Source: Candidatus Marinacidobacterales bacterium (GTDB lineage Bacteria > Acidobacteriota > Vicinamibacteria > Marinacidobacterales > DATDRI01). Taken from it: a stretch of 64,000 nucleotides of DNA. Positions 41,076 through 50,484 of the stretch are shown one piece after another. The stretch's first letter is position 1; every line of letters starts with the position of its first letter. The position numbers and the translations under genes were made by a program. Location: NCBI GenBank assembly GCA_965219415.1, contig CBDCNP010000002.1:1600001-1664000 (forward strand), given 5' to 3'. The notes below the pieces were generated by a model. That model was not told where the DNA came from, ran no database searches, and saw only the letters and a list, made by a program, of their open reading frames with translations.

Positions 41076-42578
41076 ATGTGGACCCCCCCAGAGCGAATTC
41101 GCCATCGGCTTCCCGAGGTCTCTTGGCCGACCGCGGAGCAGACACGATCTTCCTTGTGGTTCAGCCCCATCCGGCTGGGAAAGACCGTGCTGGCCGAGCA
41201 ACGTACGTGGGTTCCCGCCATGGTGCCCTGGCGAGCCACCGAGGACGGTTTCGTCACCGAGGAAGTCATTGAATGGTACGCGAGGTTTGCCGAAGGAAGA
41301 CCGGGGGTCATTGTGGTCGAGGCCACCGGCATTCGAGACATACCGAGCGGACCGCTTCTTCGTATCGGCCACGATCGGTTTCTGGAAGGCTTGCGAGAGC
41401 TGGTCGAAACGGTTCGCCGAGCCAGTCACGGTCAAACCCGTCTCCTCATCCAGACCATCGACTTTCTCTCCATCAGGCGGCGCCCATCCGCAGACAAGTA
41501 CTTCAACCGTTTTCTGAAGCTCACCGACCGCCATCGCCAGAAGTTGGCACAGCTCACGGGGGGCGAAGAATGGCGTGACGCGTCGGAACCCGAAGTCCGT
41601 CAGAGACTGTTGGACGCCACCGACGAGGAACAGGATTTCGTCTTAGATGAGCGGGAGCTCGAAGACCTCCGATTCGGGGCGAGGGAACGCGTGACCGACG
41701 TGCACCTCGAACACATCCGCGACTTGCCGAAGTTTCTTCCCGGACTTTTTGCGGACGCTGCGGCAAGGGCTCAAAAGGCTGGGTTCGACGGCGTGGAGCT
41801 TCACTACGCCCACGCTTACACCATGGCATCCTTCCTTTCAGCGCTCAATACACGGCAAGACGGCTATGGTGGTCCGCGCAAAAACCGGGCGCGATTGCCC
41901 CTCGAGGTGTTCCGAGAGGTTCGAGACCGCGTCGGAGAGGACTATCTCGTCGGCTGCCGCATGCTCGGAGACGACGTGATCGAAGGTGGCAACCACATCG
42001 AGGACGCTCTCTACTTCGCAGTCGAGCTCGCTCGCGCCGGCATGGACTATCTTTCTATTTCGAAGGGGGGCAAGTTCGAAGACGCCAAGCGCCCCGACGT
42101 AGGGTGGGCGGTATACCCTTACACCGGTCAAAGCGGCTACGAATGCATGCCCACCGTCTATTCCGATGAGCGAGGACCGTTTGGCAGGAACATTCCCCTC
42201 GCGGCCGCCATCAAGAAGGCCATCAACGCCACCGGCATGGAGACCCCTATCGTCACCTCGGGGGGAATCGGCAACTTCGAACAGGCCGAAGCCGCTCTCG
42301 AACGCGGCGAAGCGGATATCGTTGCTGCGGCTCGCCAAACGCTCGCCGATCCGGACTGGTTTCGAAAGGTTCTTCTCGGGCGCGGCGAGGAAGTTCGCCG
42401 ATGCGAGTTCACGAACTACTGTGAAGCGCTGGATCAGAAGCACAAGCAAGTGACTTGCAAGCTTTGGGACCGACGGGAAGTCGACGAGCCAGACGTGAGA
42501 CTCGACACGAGTGGCAAGCGTCGACTCACCGCGCCTCGCTGGAACCCGGCGCCGAAGCCAGCATCCGTCCGCCGCTGA
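41076..42578 (+). CDS. NADH:flavin oxidoreductase (Old Yellow Enzyme family)
   Basis: AGFDGVELHYAHAY, NTRQDGYGG, ARQTLADP, C-terminal CEFTNYC...C. Confidence 0.9.
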   Translation: MWTPPERIRHRLPEVSWPTAEQTRSSLWFSPIRLGKTVLAEQRTWVPAMVPWRATEDGFVTEEVIEWYARFAEGRPGVIVVEATGIRDIPSGPLLRIGHDRFLEGLRELVETVRRASHGQTRLLIQTIDFLSIRRRPSADKYFNRFLKLTDRHRQKLAQLTGGEEWRDASEPEVRQRLLDATDEEQDFVLDERELEDLRFGARERVTDVHLEHIRDLPKFLPGLFADAAARAQKAGFDGVELHYAHAYTMASFLSALNTRQDGYGGPRKNRARLPLEVFREVRDRVGEDYLVGCRMLGDDVIEGGNHIEDALYFAVELARAGMDYLSISKGGKFEDAKRPDVGWAVYPYTGQSGYECMPTVYSDERGPFGRNIPLAAAIKKAINATGMETPIVTSGGIGNFEQAEAALERGEADIVAAARQTLADPDWFRKVLLGRGEEVRRCEFTNYCEALDQKHKQVTCKLWDRREVDEPDVRLDTSGKRRLTAPRWNPAPKPASVRR

Positions 42579-43546
42579 TGCCGCGGACGAAGCTCTGGCT
42601 ACTCATCTGCTCGGTACTAATCCTCCCGTCCTGCGTTTCTCGCGGGGTCAACGTGCCTCCGTTCATTGCCCCCACTAGCGACGCGACACTTCAAGATTTG
42701 GTCGCAATAGTGAACCAGCGGCGAGACGTCGCAACGCTCACCGCCAAGGTCGACCTCCAATTCGAAACCAACGAGGGCGAAGAGGCCGGCCGGCTGCGGC
42801 GATTCCGCACCGCGCAGGGCCGAATCATTCTGGCCCGGCCCGAGAGCATCAGACTTCAGATCGAGGCTCCGGTGCTTGGAGTCAATCTGGCCGAGATGGC
42901 TTCGGACGGCCGACGATTTCAGCTTCTCATCTACCCCGAGGACCACCGCGCCTTCATCGAAGGCAGCAACAACAGAGATTACTCGGAGCAGACGGCGAAA
43001 ATGGAGTCCGATCCTGAGCTAAAAAGGGCAGGCCCCCTGGCCAACATCCGCCCTCAGCATTTCACATCGGCCTTCCTCTTCGAGCCCATCGACATAGAAG
43101 ACCCGAACACGATTGCAGTGATGGAAGAAGATCGGCCCCTCGAAGAGGACAACAGTCCAGGTGCAAAAAAGGGACAAACGGTGATACGCAGCTACTACGT
43201 CCTGACGGTCATTCGCCGGGGCGAGCGGAGTCCACGCTATCGATATTGGTTCGACCGTACCCGCGGCCTCGAGCTGGTGGGACTAAGGACCTATAGTCGG
43301 AAAGGACTGTTGCTGGGCGACGTCACCTTCTCGGATTTCCAGCCGGCCCAAACGAACGCAGAGCTGGGGCTTCCCGGCGAGACCTATATCGTTCGGCCCG
43401 AAGACCGATACGCTTTGCGCATTACCATGAAGTCCGGAACACTAGTCCTCAACCGGGACATCCCGCAGACGGCATTCTCTATAGAGGCGCCCCCGGAATG
43501 GGGCGATGCGGTGAGCCGGATCGACCTCGATCGAACCGGACACTGA
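42578..43546 (+). CDS. Lipoprotein, probable LolA/LolB-like fold
   Basis: Lipobox LPSC; TGATG coupling; beta-rich. Fold is inferred. Confidence 0.6.
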   Translation: MPRTKLWLLICSVLILPSCVSRGVNVPPFIAPTSDATLQDLVAIVNQRRDVATLTAKVDLQFETNEGEEAGRLRRFRTAQGRIILARPESIRLQIEAPVLGVNLAEMASDGRRFQLLIYPEDHRAFIEGSNNRDYSEQTAKMESDPELKRAGPLANIRPQHFTSAFLFEPIDIEDPNTIAVMEEDRPLEEDNSPGAKKGQTVIRSYYVLTVIRRGERSPRYRYWFDRTRGLELVGLRTYSRKGLLLGDVTFSDFQPAQTNAELGLPGETYIVRPEDRYALRITMKSGTLVLNRDIPQTAFSIEAPPEWGDAVSRIDLDRTGH

Positions 43547-43606
43547 CACGAGCGGCGGACCATCGGGTCGGCCGCATCCTTCGTCAAAATGTTAGACGGG
43601 ATAACA

Positions 43607-43653
43607 GGGGCGTCTGGCCACCTTGGTATGTAGCACCGGGCCATTTTCACGCC
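43607..43653. repeat. Dispersed bipartite repeat
   Basis: Shares 10-nt and 16-nt exact blocks with 38755-38802. Confidence 0.8.
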
Positions 43654-43773
43654 GTGCATTTATGGCGTTTGATTGGCAGCAACTCTTGTCCTCGTGATCC
43701 TGTTTAGTCTTTTTGCCGTTTGATTTAAGGAGGGTAGAAGGCGTAGCATCGCACTCACTCGCGGAAGGTAGGG

Positions 43774-44190
43774 ATGTCCACCGACACCGACGAAAGATCC
43801 CGCCAGGAAGTGCTTCGGCTTCTGGAAGCCATGCGCCAGGACTATGTGCGAGGCAGCTTGAAGCTCTACAAGGAACACCTCTCGGAAGACGCCATCTCAC
43901 TTGGGATCGGCGATCCCGGGGTCCGCAAAGGCAAGGAAAGCTGCCTCGAGTACCTACGCCTTTCCACCCAAAAGGGATTGGTACAGGAAGTTCAGGCGGA
44001 GACGGAGGACGTCAAGTTGCTCGGCGATCTTGCGATCGTAGTCGAGAGTTTCACATCACGCTATAAGATAAAGGACGAGTCCTTTCGGGACTACGGTCGG
44101 TCGACCAGCGTTCTGCAGCTTCGTAAAGGGCGCTGGTATGTGATCCTCTCTCACATCGAGAGGCTGGCCTCCAACAAAGTCATACCTTAG
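43774..44190 (+). CDS. NTF2-like (DUF4440-type) protein
   Basis: VKLLGDLAIV, GRSTSVL...GRWYVILSH. Confidence 0.75.
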   Translation: MSTDTDERSRQEVLRLLEAMRQDYVRGSLKLYKEHLSEDAISLGIGDPGVRKGKESCLEYLRLSTQKGLVQEVQAETEDVKLLGDLAIVVESFTSRYKIKDESFRDYGRSTSVLQLRKGRWYVILSHIERLASNKVIP

Positions 44191-44200
44191 CTTGCTGCCA

Positions 44201-44257
44201 AGTAAACAGTCATCAACTATCAGTGGCGACTTTACTGATCACTGTTCACTGATTACT
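44201..44257. repeat. Inverted heptamer repeat array (AGTnATC / ACTGnTC)
   Basis: Three degenerate heptamers facing three complementary ones, between convergent genes; short copy at 33519-33543. Confidence 0.65.
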
Positions 44258-44272
44258 ATCCACGGATTGCGT

Positions 44273-45199
44273 TCAGCGGATGCGGTACGTGACCAAAGAG
44301 AGGATGTTGAACAAGCCGTCGGTTTGGCTCGCGGTGCTGGGTGGCCGAATGACGTCGAGGGGGCTATAAAACACTTCGCCGCTAATGCTGAATCGTTCGG
44401 TGATGGCATAGCTCACGCCGCCTGTGAAAGACACCGTGAAACCCTCGGCTAGCAGGAGCGTCCGGTCGATCAGTCCCGAATAGCGGGCGTTTACCTGGAA
44501 ATCGGCGTCCAGGTAGTTGAACGCAACGCCGAGGTACGGTTCCAACTTGCCCGCGGCGTCCACCTGAAACGCGGAGCTCACCTCCACACCAAAGGAGCCG
44601 AGCGAGTACGTGTCTTCCGATACCTCTCGGCAATCGAACGGATTGCGGATCGGATCCACACCTGCCGCAACTGTCTCCTCGTCACAGGTGAAATCGCCTT
44701 CGATAGTCCCGAATTGCCCATATCCCCGGAGGCCGAGCCGCCACCTCTCTCCTTGGTACAGGGGCCGTCCGATAGCAGCACCAAACAAATGTGGCTTCAC
44801 ACCGAACGCGTTCACCGGCGGAACGTAGGTCAACGTCAGTGAGAAGTCGTTGGGCAGGCCGAATACGAACCACGGCCGAATGAATACCGACGTCTTGTTC
44901 AGATCTTCCAGCTTGGTTCCTTCGAATCCCACCGTCCGCTGCGCGTCGTTGAGAGATGGGACCCAATCGATTTCGAGGCCCACATCGATCGTCCCCGAGC
45001 GAGTGGGGCGCGGCGATCCGAATCCAGTCAACAGATTCATGGATCCAAAGTACTTCATCGCCCACGCCTCAGGACGTGAGAAGTCCAATTCCTCTTCGAA
45101 TTCGACTACTGGTTGAGCACCGGCGATAGCAACCGGCATCAGAAAGAAAATGGTCGTGGCAAAGCTGATCCAACGTGTCGTCCGAGTTGATTTCCTCAT
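44273..45199 (-). CDS. Secreted, probable outer-membrane beta-barrel protein
   Basis: Signal peptide (AGA-Q), alternating beta strands, C-terminal LVTYRIR. Confidence 0.65.
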   Translation of the reverse strand: MRKSTRTTRWISFATTIFFLMPVAIAGAQPVVEFEEELDFSRPEAWAMKYFGSMNLLTGFGSPRPTRSGTIDVGLEIDWVPSLNDAQRTVGFEGTKLEDLNKTSVFIRPWFVFGLPNDFSLTLTYVPPVNAFGVKPHLFGAAIGRPLYQGERWRLGLRGYGQFGTIEGDFTCDEETVAAGVDPIRNPFDCREVSEDTYSLGSFGVEVSSAFQVDAAGKLEPYLGVAFNYLDADFQVNARYSGLIDRTLLLAEGFTVSFTGGVSYAITERFSISGEVFYSPLDVIRPPSTASQTDGLFNILSLVTYRIR

Positions 45200-45307
45200 C
45201 CAATCATGAAGTGCAAGCTTTGTGCCCGACCGGGACCTCCAGTTGGACCGTAACTGATACAAATTATTGACAATAGAGCTATCCAAAACACCGGCCGAAC
45301 GACCCGG

Positions 45308-45344
45308 CTTACCGGTTGCGTAAGCGACTTACGAAATTGGTAAG
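45308..45344. promoter_or_regulatory. Tandem CTTAC-N7-GTAAG palindromes (putative operator)
   Basis: Perfect copies at 45308-45324 and 45328-45344, between divergent genes. Confidence 0.65.
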
Positions 45345-45425
45345 AGCTGCAAACTCACGGCTACTCGGGAAGTTCGTTCGTCTAATTGTGACGTTAGAGT
45401 TATCATGATTGGGAAGGGAGGCGAT

Positions 45426-45889
45426 ATGGAACTCTATCTCGTGCAACACGGCGCCGCGGCGACAAAAGAGGAAGATCCGCAGCGGCCTTTGAACGAAACG
45501 GGGCGAGCTTTTTCAAAACGGTCGGCCGCCCACGCCGTGCGTCTTGGTGTACGAGTCGCGGAGGTTCGCCACTCCACACATTTGCGTGCCATCCAAACCG
45601 CCGAAGAGTTCGAGAGCGCTCTGGGTGCCCGCGGCGCGAGGTGGAGGGCCTCGATCCCGACGATGATGTGAGCCCGCTCCGGCGAGAAGTCCAATCTCGC
45701 AGCGAGGGTCTGCTAGTAGTAGGCCACCTGCCATTCCTCGCTCGGTTGGCTGCGGCGCTTCTCTGTCAAAACGAAAGCATGCCAGTGGTGGGCTTTCGGC
45801 AGGCCGGCCTGGTGAAGCTCGAGCGGGCGGAGGGTGGCACTTGGAGCGTAACCTGGGCACTGCCTCCCGAGATCGTGCCGGAAGCCTGA
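45426..45889 (+). pseudogene. sixA: Phosphohistidine phosphatase SixA, frameshifted near 45630
   Basis: LYLVQHG...RPL...RAIQTAE, then GLDPDDD...LVVGHLPFL in another frame. Confidence 0.8.
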
Positions 45890-45900
45890 GGGAGTTTGAG

Positions 45901-48117
45901 CTAGCTAACTTCCCAGATGCGAATGCGACCGTCCGACATGGCGCAGGCGATCTGGCGCCCCTGGCCTAGAACCGCCACGCTGGCGAACGCCTCTTCTTGA
46001 GTTCCCCAAAGGGTTGCGGAGGGCGTGCCCTTTTCCAGATCCCAGAGAATGAGCGAGTTGTCCATCGCGACGGTAGCCAAATGCTCACCGTCGGGAAAAA
46101 AGCCTATCGAGGAAATCGCCTTCTTGTGCCCGTCTAGCAGCGCCACTTGGGCTCGCTGTTCGAGATCGAAGATACGGACGGTCCGATCCTGCCCTCCGCT
46201 GGCGATCAAATTCCCGTCCGGTGAAGTGGTCATACAGCTAACGCCTGCCTCGTGACCACGGAGCGTGGAAGTAAGTCTCCCGGTGACCGCATCCTGAACG
46301 CGCATGAGCCGGTTCGTATGACCGGTGACGATGACCGCACCTTCGCGTGCGTAGACGAGGGAGGTGACACCCGCGGGCTGCCGATGGATGCGACGGCGAG
46401 CTTCGCCGAGACGCAAGGCCTCGAGCTCCCAAAGTTTGAGTGCGGAATCTTGTCCTCCGGAGGCCAAGCTCTTCCCGTCCGGCGAGAAGGCCAAGGCGCC
46501 CACAGCGGAATCGTGCCCCAGCTTCACCTTCATTTCTTCGCCCGTGTCGAGGCCCCAGACGTGTATGGCCCCATCAAGGTGTCCGGACGCAAGCAACGCT
46601 CCGTCGCCAGACATGACTAACGTCGTAACCAAGCCCTCGTGGCCAGTCCGCTTGTGCATGTCGCTTCGTAGGGTCGCCAACTTGTTGCGGACCTCAGGGT
46701 CCCACAGGCGAATGGCGCCATCGAGCCCTCCTACCGCAACCAAGTTCTCCATCGGCGAGATGGCGACGGCGCGGATCTCAACCGGCTCACCGAACGTAAC
46801 TTGCTCGCGAAACTGGGCTCCCGCCCTCAGCCGTGCCTCGGTGCCGGTGAACGTCCGGTGTTGTCCGGTTCGCACTCGTCCCGGTGCGGCGGGTGTGTCC
46901 AAGATCTCGCGCAGCTCGACGGCCGGCGGAAATTTCGGATCGATCGCTAGAACATCGCCTACGATGCGGAGCGCTTCGGTGCGGTTGCCACCGGTCAGGG
47001 CGAAGCGAGCCTCGTCGATCCACTTTTCGATATCGATCTTCGCGTCGGTCGGCACGCGACGCTTCGCCGGGGGCGGTTGCGCCAACGTGGGCTCGTCGGC
47101 TTGCTCACGGAGCTCGCGCTCGAGCAGTGCGATCAGGTCCGACACCTCCGGGCGGGATGGCTCGAGGACTTGCGCACGCCGCGCCGCTTCGAGCGCCCGC
47201 CCGGTTTGGCTCTGTTCGCGAAGTGTTCGAGCAAGCCCGAGATTCCGTGAATAGCTGCCCTCTCTCGCCTCATCGGTCAAACCTACTTCGGCTGCCGGTG
47301 CGCCCATAGCTTGTTGAAGGGCATCCGCCATTTCCGCGAGATTGCGATAGCGACCGTCTGGATCTTTGGTCAATGCGCGATCGACGACCTCCACCACGCC
47401 GTCGGGAAGACCTATCGCACGGGCGTCGAGGGATGGTGGTGAGGCATGGACGATCTTATAGATCAGGCTAGGAATGGTATCTGTGTCGAAGGGACGGTGC
47501 CCGCTCAGAAGCTCGTAGAGGATCGTTCCCACCGCCCACATGTCGGCGCGATGATCGACCGGCTCGCCCTTGATTTGCTCAGGTGCCATGTAGGTAGGTG
47601 TGCCCATCACCAGACCGGTCTTGGTTTTCGCTCCGGTAGCACCCTCGAGCCGCGCGATGCCGAAATCTAGGATCTTGGCTGTTCCATCGGGAAGGACCTG
47701 AATGTTTCCGGGCTTGACGTCCCGGTGAATGACGCCCCGCTTGTGAGCGAAGTCGAGACCCCGGCACACCTGGGTCACTAAATTAACCTTGTCCTCGAGT
47801 CGGGTGAGCTTCTGGTGGTCGACGATCTCTCCGAGATCCAGTCCACCGAGTAGCTCCATGGCGATGAAGTGCTTACCTTCATGCACGCCCAGCTCGAAAA
47901 TGGTCACGATGTTGGGATGCTGCATCGCGGCGGCGGACTGAGCCTCACGGAGAAAACGATCCTTCATCTCCTTCTCGGCCAGAAGCTCCTCGGACATCGT
48001 CTTGATCGCCACCTCCCGACCGAGGTCTGGGTCGCGGGCCTTATAAACCGTGCCCATCGCTCCTCTTCCTAGCTCGCCTATGATCTCGTATTTTCCGATT
48101 TTTTCGGGGGCTGACAT
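45901..48117 (-). CDS. Ser/Thr protein kinase with helical linker and WD40 propeller
   Basis: GRGAMG, VAIK, HRDVKPGN, DFG, YMAPE; about seven GH...WD/WE repeats. Confidence 0.93.
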   Translation of the reverse strand: MSAPEKIGKYEIIGELGRGAMGTVYKARDPDLGREVAIKTMSEELLAEKEMKDRFLREAQSAAAMQHPNIVTIFELGVHEGKHFIAMELLGGLDLGEIVDHQKLTRLEDKVNLVTQVCRGLDFAHKRGVIHRDVKPGNIQVLPDGTAKILDFGIARLEGATGAKTKTGLVMGTPTYMAPEQIKGEPVDHRADMWAVGTILYELLSGHRPFDTDTIPSLIYKIVHASPPSLDARAIGLPDGVVEVVDRALTKDPDGRYRNLAEMADALQQAMGAPAAEVGLTDEAREGSYSRNLGLARTLREQSQTGRALEAARRAQVLEPSRPEVSDLIALLERELREQADEPTLAQPPPAKRRVPTDAKIDIEKWIDEARFALTGGNRTEALRIVGDVLAIDPKFPPAVELREILDTPAAPGRVRTGQHRTFTGTEARLRAGAQFREQVTFGEPVEIRAVAISPMENLVAVGGLDGAIRLWDPEVRNKLATLRSDMHKRTGHEGLVTTLVMSGDGALLASGHLDGAIHVWGLDTGEEMKVKLGHDSAVGALAFSPDGKSLASGGQDSALKLWELEALRLGEARRRIHRQPAGVTSLVYAREGAVIVTGHTNRLMRVQDAVTGRLTSTLRGHEAGVSCMTTSPDGNLIASGGQDRTVRIFDLEQRAQVALLDGHKKAISSIGFFPDGEHLATVAMDNSLILWDLEKGTPSATLWGTQEEAFASVAVLGQGRQIACAMSDGRIRIWEVS

Positions 48118-48216
48118 TTGGCGGTGTCCTAGGGCTTCGAGTGCCTCGAGGAATGCAGGAAAACGACTATAGCGTTGCTGGCCACTCCTGTCAACCTCAT
48201 GCCAAAACAGGGTTTA

Positions 48217-48517
48217 AGATGGTTTCCTCATCCTTTACTCCCTCTCCCTCAGGCTACTGTGGCCGTCAAAATGCGTTGTGCCAACGAACAAAGTGGTCAG
48301 ACGGCGGGTGAGGGTCAGATGGTCTCTTCATCCTTTACTCCCTCTCCCTCAGGCCACTGTGGCCGTCAAAATGCGTTGTGCCAGCGAACAAAGTGGTCAG
48401 TCGGCGGGTGAGGGCCAGATGGTCTCTTCGTCCTTTACTCCCTCTCCCCTCAGGCCACTGTGGCCGTCAAAATGCGTTGTGCCAAGCAAACAAAGTGGTC
48501 AGACGGCGGGTGAGGGC
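48217..48517. repeat. Three tandem ~100-bp near-identical units containing the bipartite repeat
   Basis: Units start at 48217, 48317, 48417; core GGCCGTCAAAATGCGTTGTGCC...CAAAGTGGTCAG. Confidence 0.92.
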
Positions 48518-48539
48518 AAACGAAGCTGGCTTACTTCAA

Positions 48540-48983
48540 TTAAGACGCGCGCGGCGAGACCTCATCGACTTCGATGAACTTGCCTCGGTCTTCGGGACTA
48601 GGGATTTGACAGACTTCGTATCGTCCAAAAACGCGATAGCGATTCCGGGCGACGAGGTTATAGCCAAAATCGAGTAACCCGCCAGGTAGATATCCGAGAA
48701 CCTGGGCGAGGCGCCAGGGACCACCCAGCTCCCCGAGTATGAAGAGCACCGCCTCCGATCTCATGAGAAGCCTCTCGGACGAAGTCCCTTGTCGAGCGAG
48801 AACATAGAGCGTGTCCAGGTCTCGTGGATCCTTCCCGTACGCTGACAGGGCCTCGGCTGCGAAGCGGCTCTGCAAGGACGCGTAGCGGAAAACCCCCTGT
48901 CGATCGCGGCGGATCACGAACCGATTGAGGCGGCTACACAGACCGCACACCCCGTCGTAGAGAATGATGTGACCTTGGTCCAC
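48540..48983 (-). CDS. DCC1-like thiol-disulfide oxidoreductase
   Basis: YDGVCGLC, ASLQS, VARNRYRVFG. Confidence 0.9.
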   Translation of the reverse strand: MDQGHIILYDGVCGLCSRLNRFVIRRDRQGVFRYASLQSRFAAEALSAYGKDPRDLDTLYVLARQGTSSERLLMRSEAVLFILGELGGPWRLAQVLGYLPGGLLDFGYNLVARNRYRVFGRYEVCQIPSPEDRGKFIEVDEVSPRAS

Positions 48984-49085
48984 CTGACTTCCCTCTCCCC
49001 TCAGAGTAACAATAAACCAGCTTGGCGTCCAAGTGTAGCTGGCGCTTGTCTTTGCCCCTGAGATGCTGTAACAAACGGCTCATCG

Positions 49086-50405
49086 ATGAACCCTCCGAGA
49101 CGGAACAGTCCGATGGAGACCATGGACCGGCAGGAGCGGGAGTCCCTGCAGGTCGGACGACTTCAGGAGCTCGTCGCGAGTGTCGGTGCCGCCGTACCGC
49201 ACTATCGGCGGCACTTCGACGAGAGCGGCATCCAGTCGGACAGTATCCGCTCCCTCGAGGACTTGGAGAAGCTGCCGTTCACGACCAAGCAAGACCTGCG
49301 CCGCAGTTACCCCTTCGGTATGTTTGCCGTACCCCTCGAGCGCGTGGTTCGTCTCCACGCGTCGAGTGGAACGACCGGCAAGCCCACTGTCGTCGGCTAC
49401 ACCGAGCGTGACATGGAAACTTGGTCGGAAGTGATGGCTCGCTCCTTGGCGGCTGCCGATGTCACCGCGGCAGACGTGGTCCACAACGCCTACGGCTACG
49501 GGCTATTTACAGGAGGTTTGGGATTCGGCCTCGGGGCCGAGACCATCGGCGCGGCCACGGTTCCCGCCTCCGGCGGCTTCACCAAGCGACAGTTCATGCT
49601 CATGGAGGATTTCGGCGCAACCATCCTTTGTTGCACTCCCTCCTACGCGTTGGTACTCGCGGAAACAGCCCGAGAAGAAGGAATCGATTTTCCGGGACGC
49701 ATGAAGCTTCGTGCCGGTTTTTTCGGAGCCGAGCCTTGGTCGGAAGCGATTCGCCGGGAGCTCGAGCGCCGCTTGGGACTGGAGGCCTTCGACGTCTACG
49801 GGCTCTCCGAGATCATCGGACCCGGCGTCTCCGTGGAGTGCAGCGAGCACGACGGACTTCACATCGCCGAAGATCACTTCCTTCCTGAGGTCGTCGATCC
49901 GGAAAGCGGTGCGCAGTTGCCCGAAGGATCCGAGGGCGAGCTCGTTTTCACGACTCTCACCAAGGAAGGCCTTCCCCTCATACGCTATCGGACCCGGGAC
50001 CGGGTACGACTATCACGTGAGCCCTGCGCGTGTGGCCGGACGACTGCACGGATGAGTAAATTGCTCGGGCGCACCGACGACATGCTCATCATCCGGGGCG
50101 TCAACGTATTCCCATCCCAGATCGAACAGGCGCTTCTCCACATCGACGGGCTCGCGCCTCAATATCAAATCGTGGTGGACCGCACCGGGGACCGGCTCGA
50201 TGACTTGGAAGTTTGGGTGGAAAGCTCCGAAGAGGTGCACCGCGGCGGCGAGACCGCGGTGGCGAGGATCCGAGAGCTGGCGCTCGAAACGGTACAAGAG
50301 AGCCTGGGTATCCGCGTTAAGCTTCGAGTCGTAGGCCCCCGCGAAATCCCGAGAAGCCAAGGGAAGGCGGTTCGTGTGATCGATCGAAGAGAAGTGAGTT
50401 CCTAG
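49086..50405 (+). CDS. paaK: Phenylacetate-CoA ligase
   Basis: HASSGTTGKP, YGYGLFTGG, YGLSE, RYRTRD, GRTDDMLIIRGVNVFPSQIE. Confidence 0.93.
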   Translation: MNPPRRNSPMETMDRQERESLQVGRLQELVASVGAAVPHYRRHFDESGIQSDSIRSLEDLEKLPFTTKQDLRRSYPFGMFAVPLERVVRLHASSGTTGKPTVVGYTERDMETWSEVMARSLAAADVTAADVVHNAYGYGLFTGGLGFGLGAETIGAATVPASGGFTKRQFMLMEDFGATILCCTPSYALVLAETAREEGIDFPGRMKLRAGFFGAEPWSEAIRRELERRLGLEAFDVYGLSEIIGPGVSVECSEHDGLHIAEDHFLPEVVDPESGAQLPEGSEGELVFTTLTKEGLPLIRYRTRDRVRLSREPCACGRTTARMSKLLGRTDDMLIIRGVNVFPSQIEQALLHIDGLAPQYQIVVDRTGDRLDDLEVWVESSEEVHRGGETAVARIRELALETVQESLGIRVKLRVVGPREIPRSQGKAVRVIDRREVSS

Positions 50406-50484
50406 CGCCCGGAGAGCCAGCAGCTAGCGAAGGCGAGGGGCCCCGCGCCATGGGGCCAAGACCGGGGGCGCAACGAAAGGGAGC

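Noticed and set aside
43655-43685. Sigma54 promoter (GG-N10-GC) next to the bipartite repeat
   Set aside because: Poor match to TGGCAC/TTGC, too close to the supposed enhancer, and not seen at other copies.
48217-48517. Possible CRISPR array
   Set aside because: Whole 100-bp units are near-identical, with no unique spacers and no cas genes.
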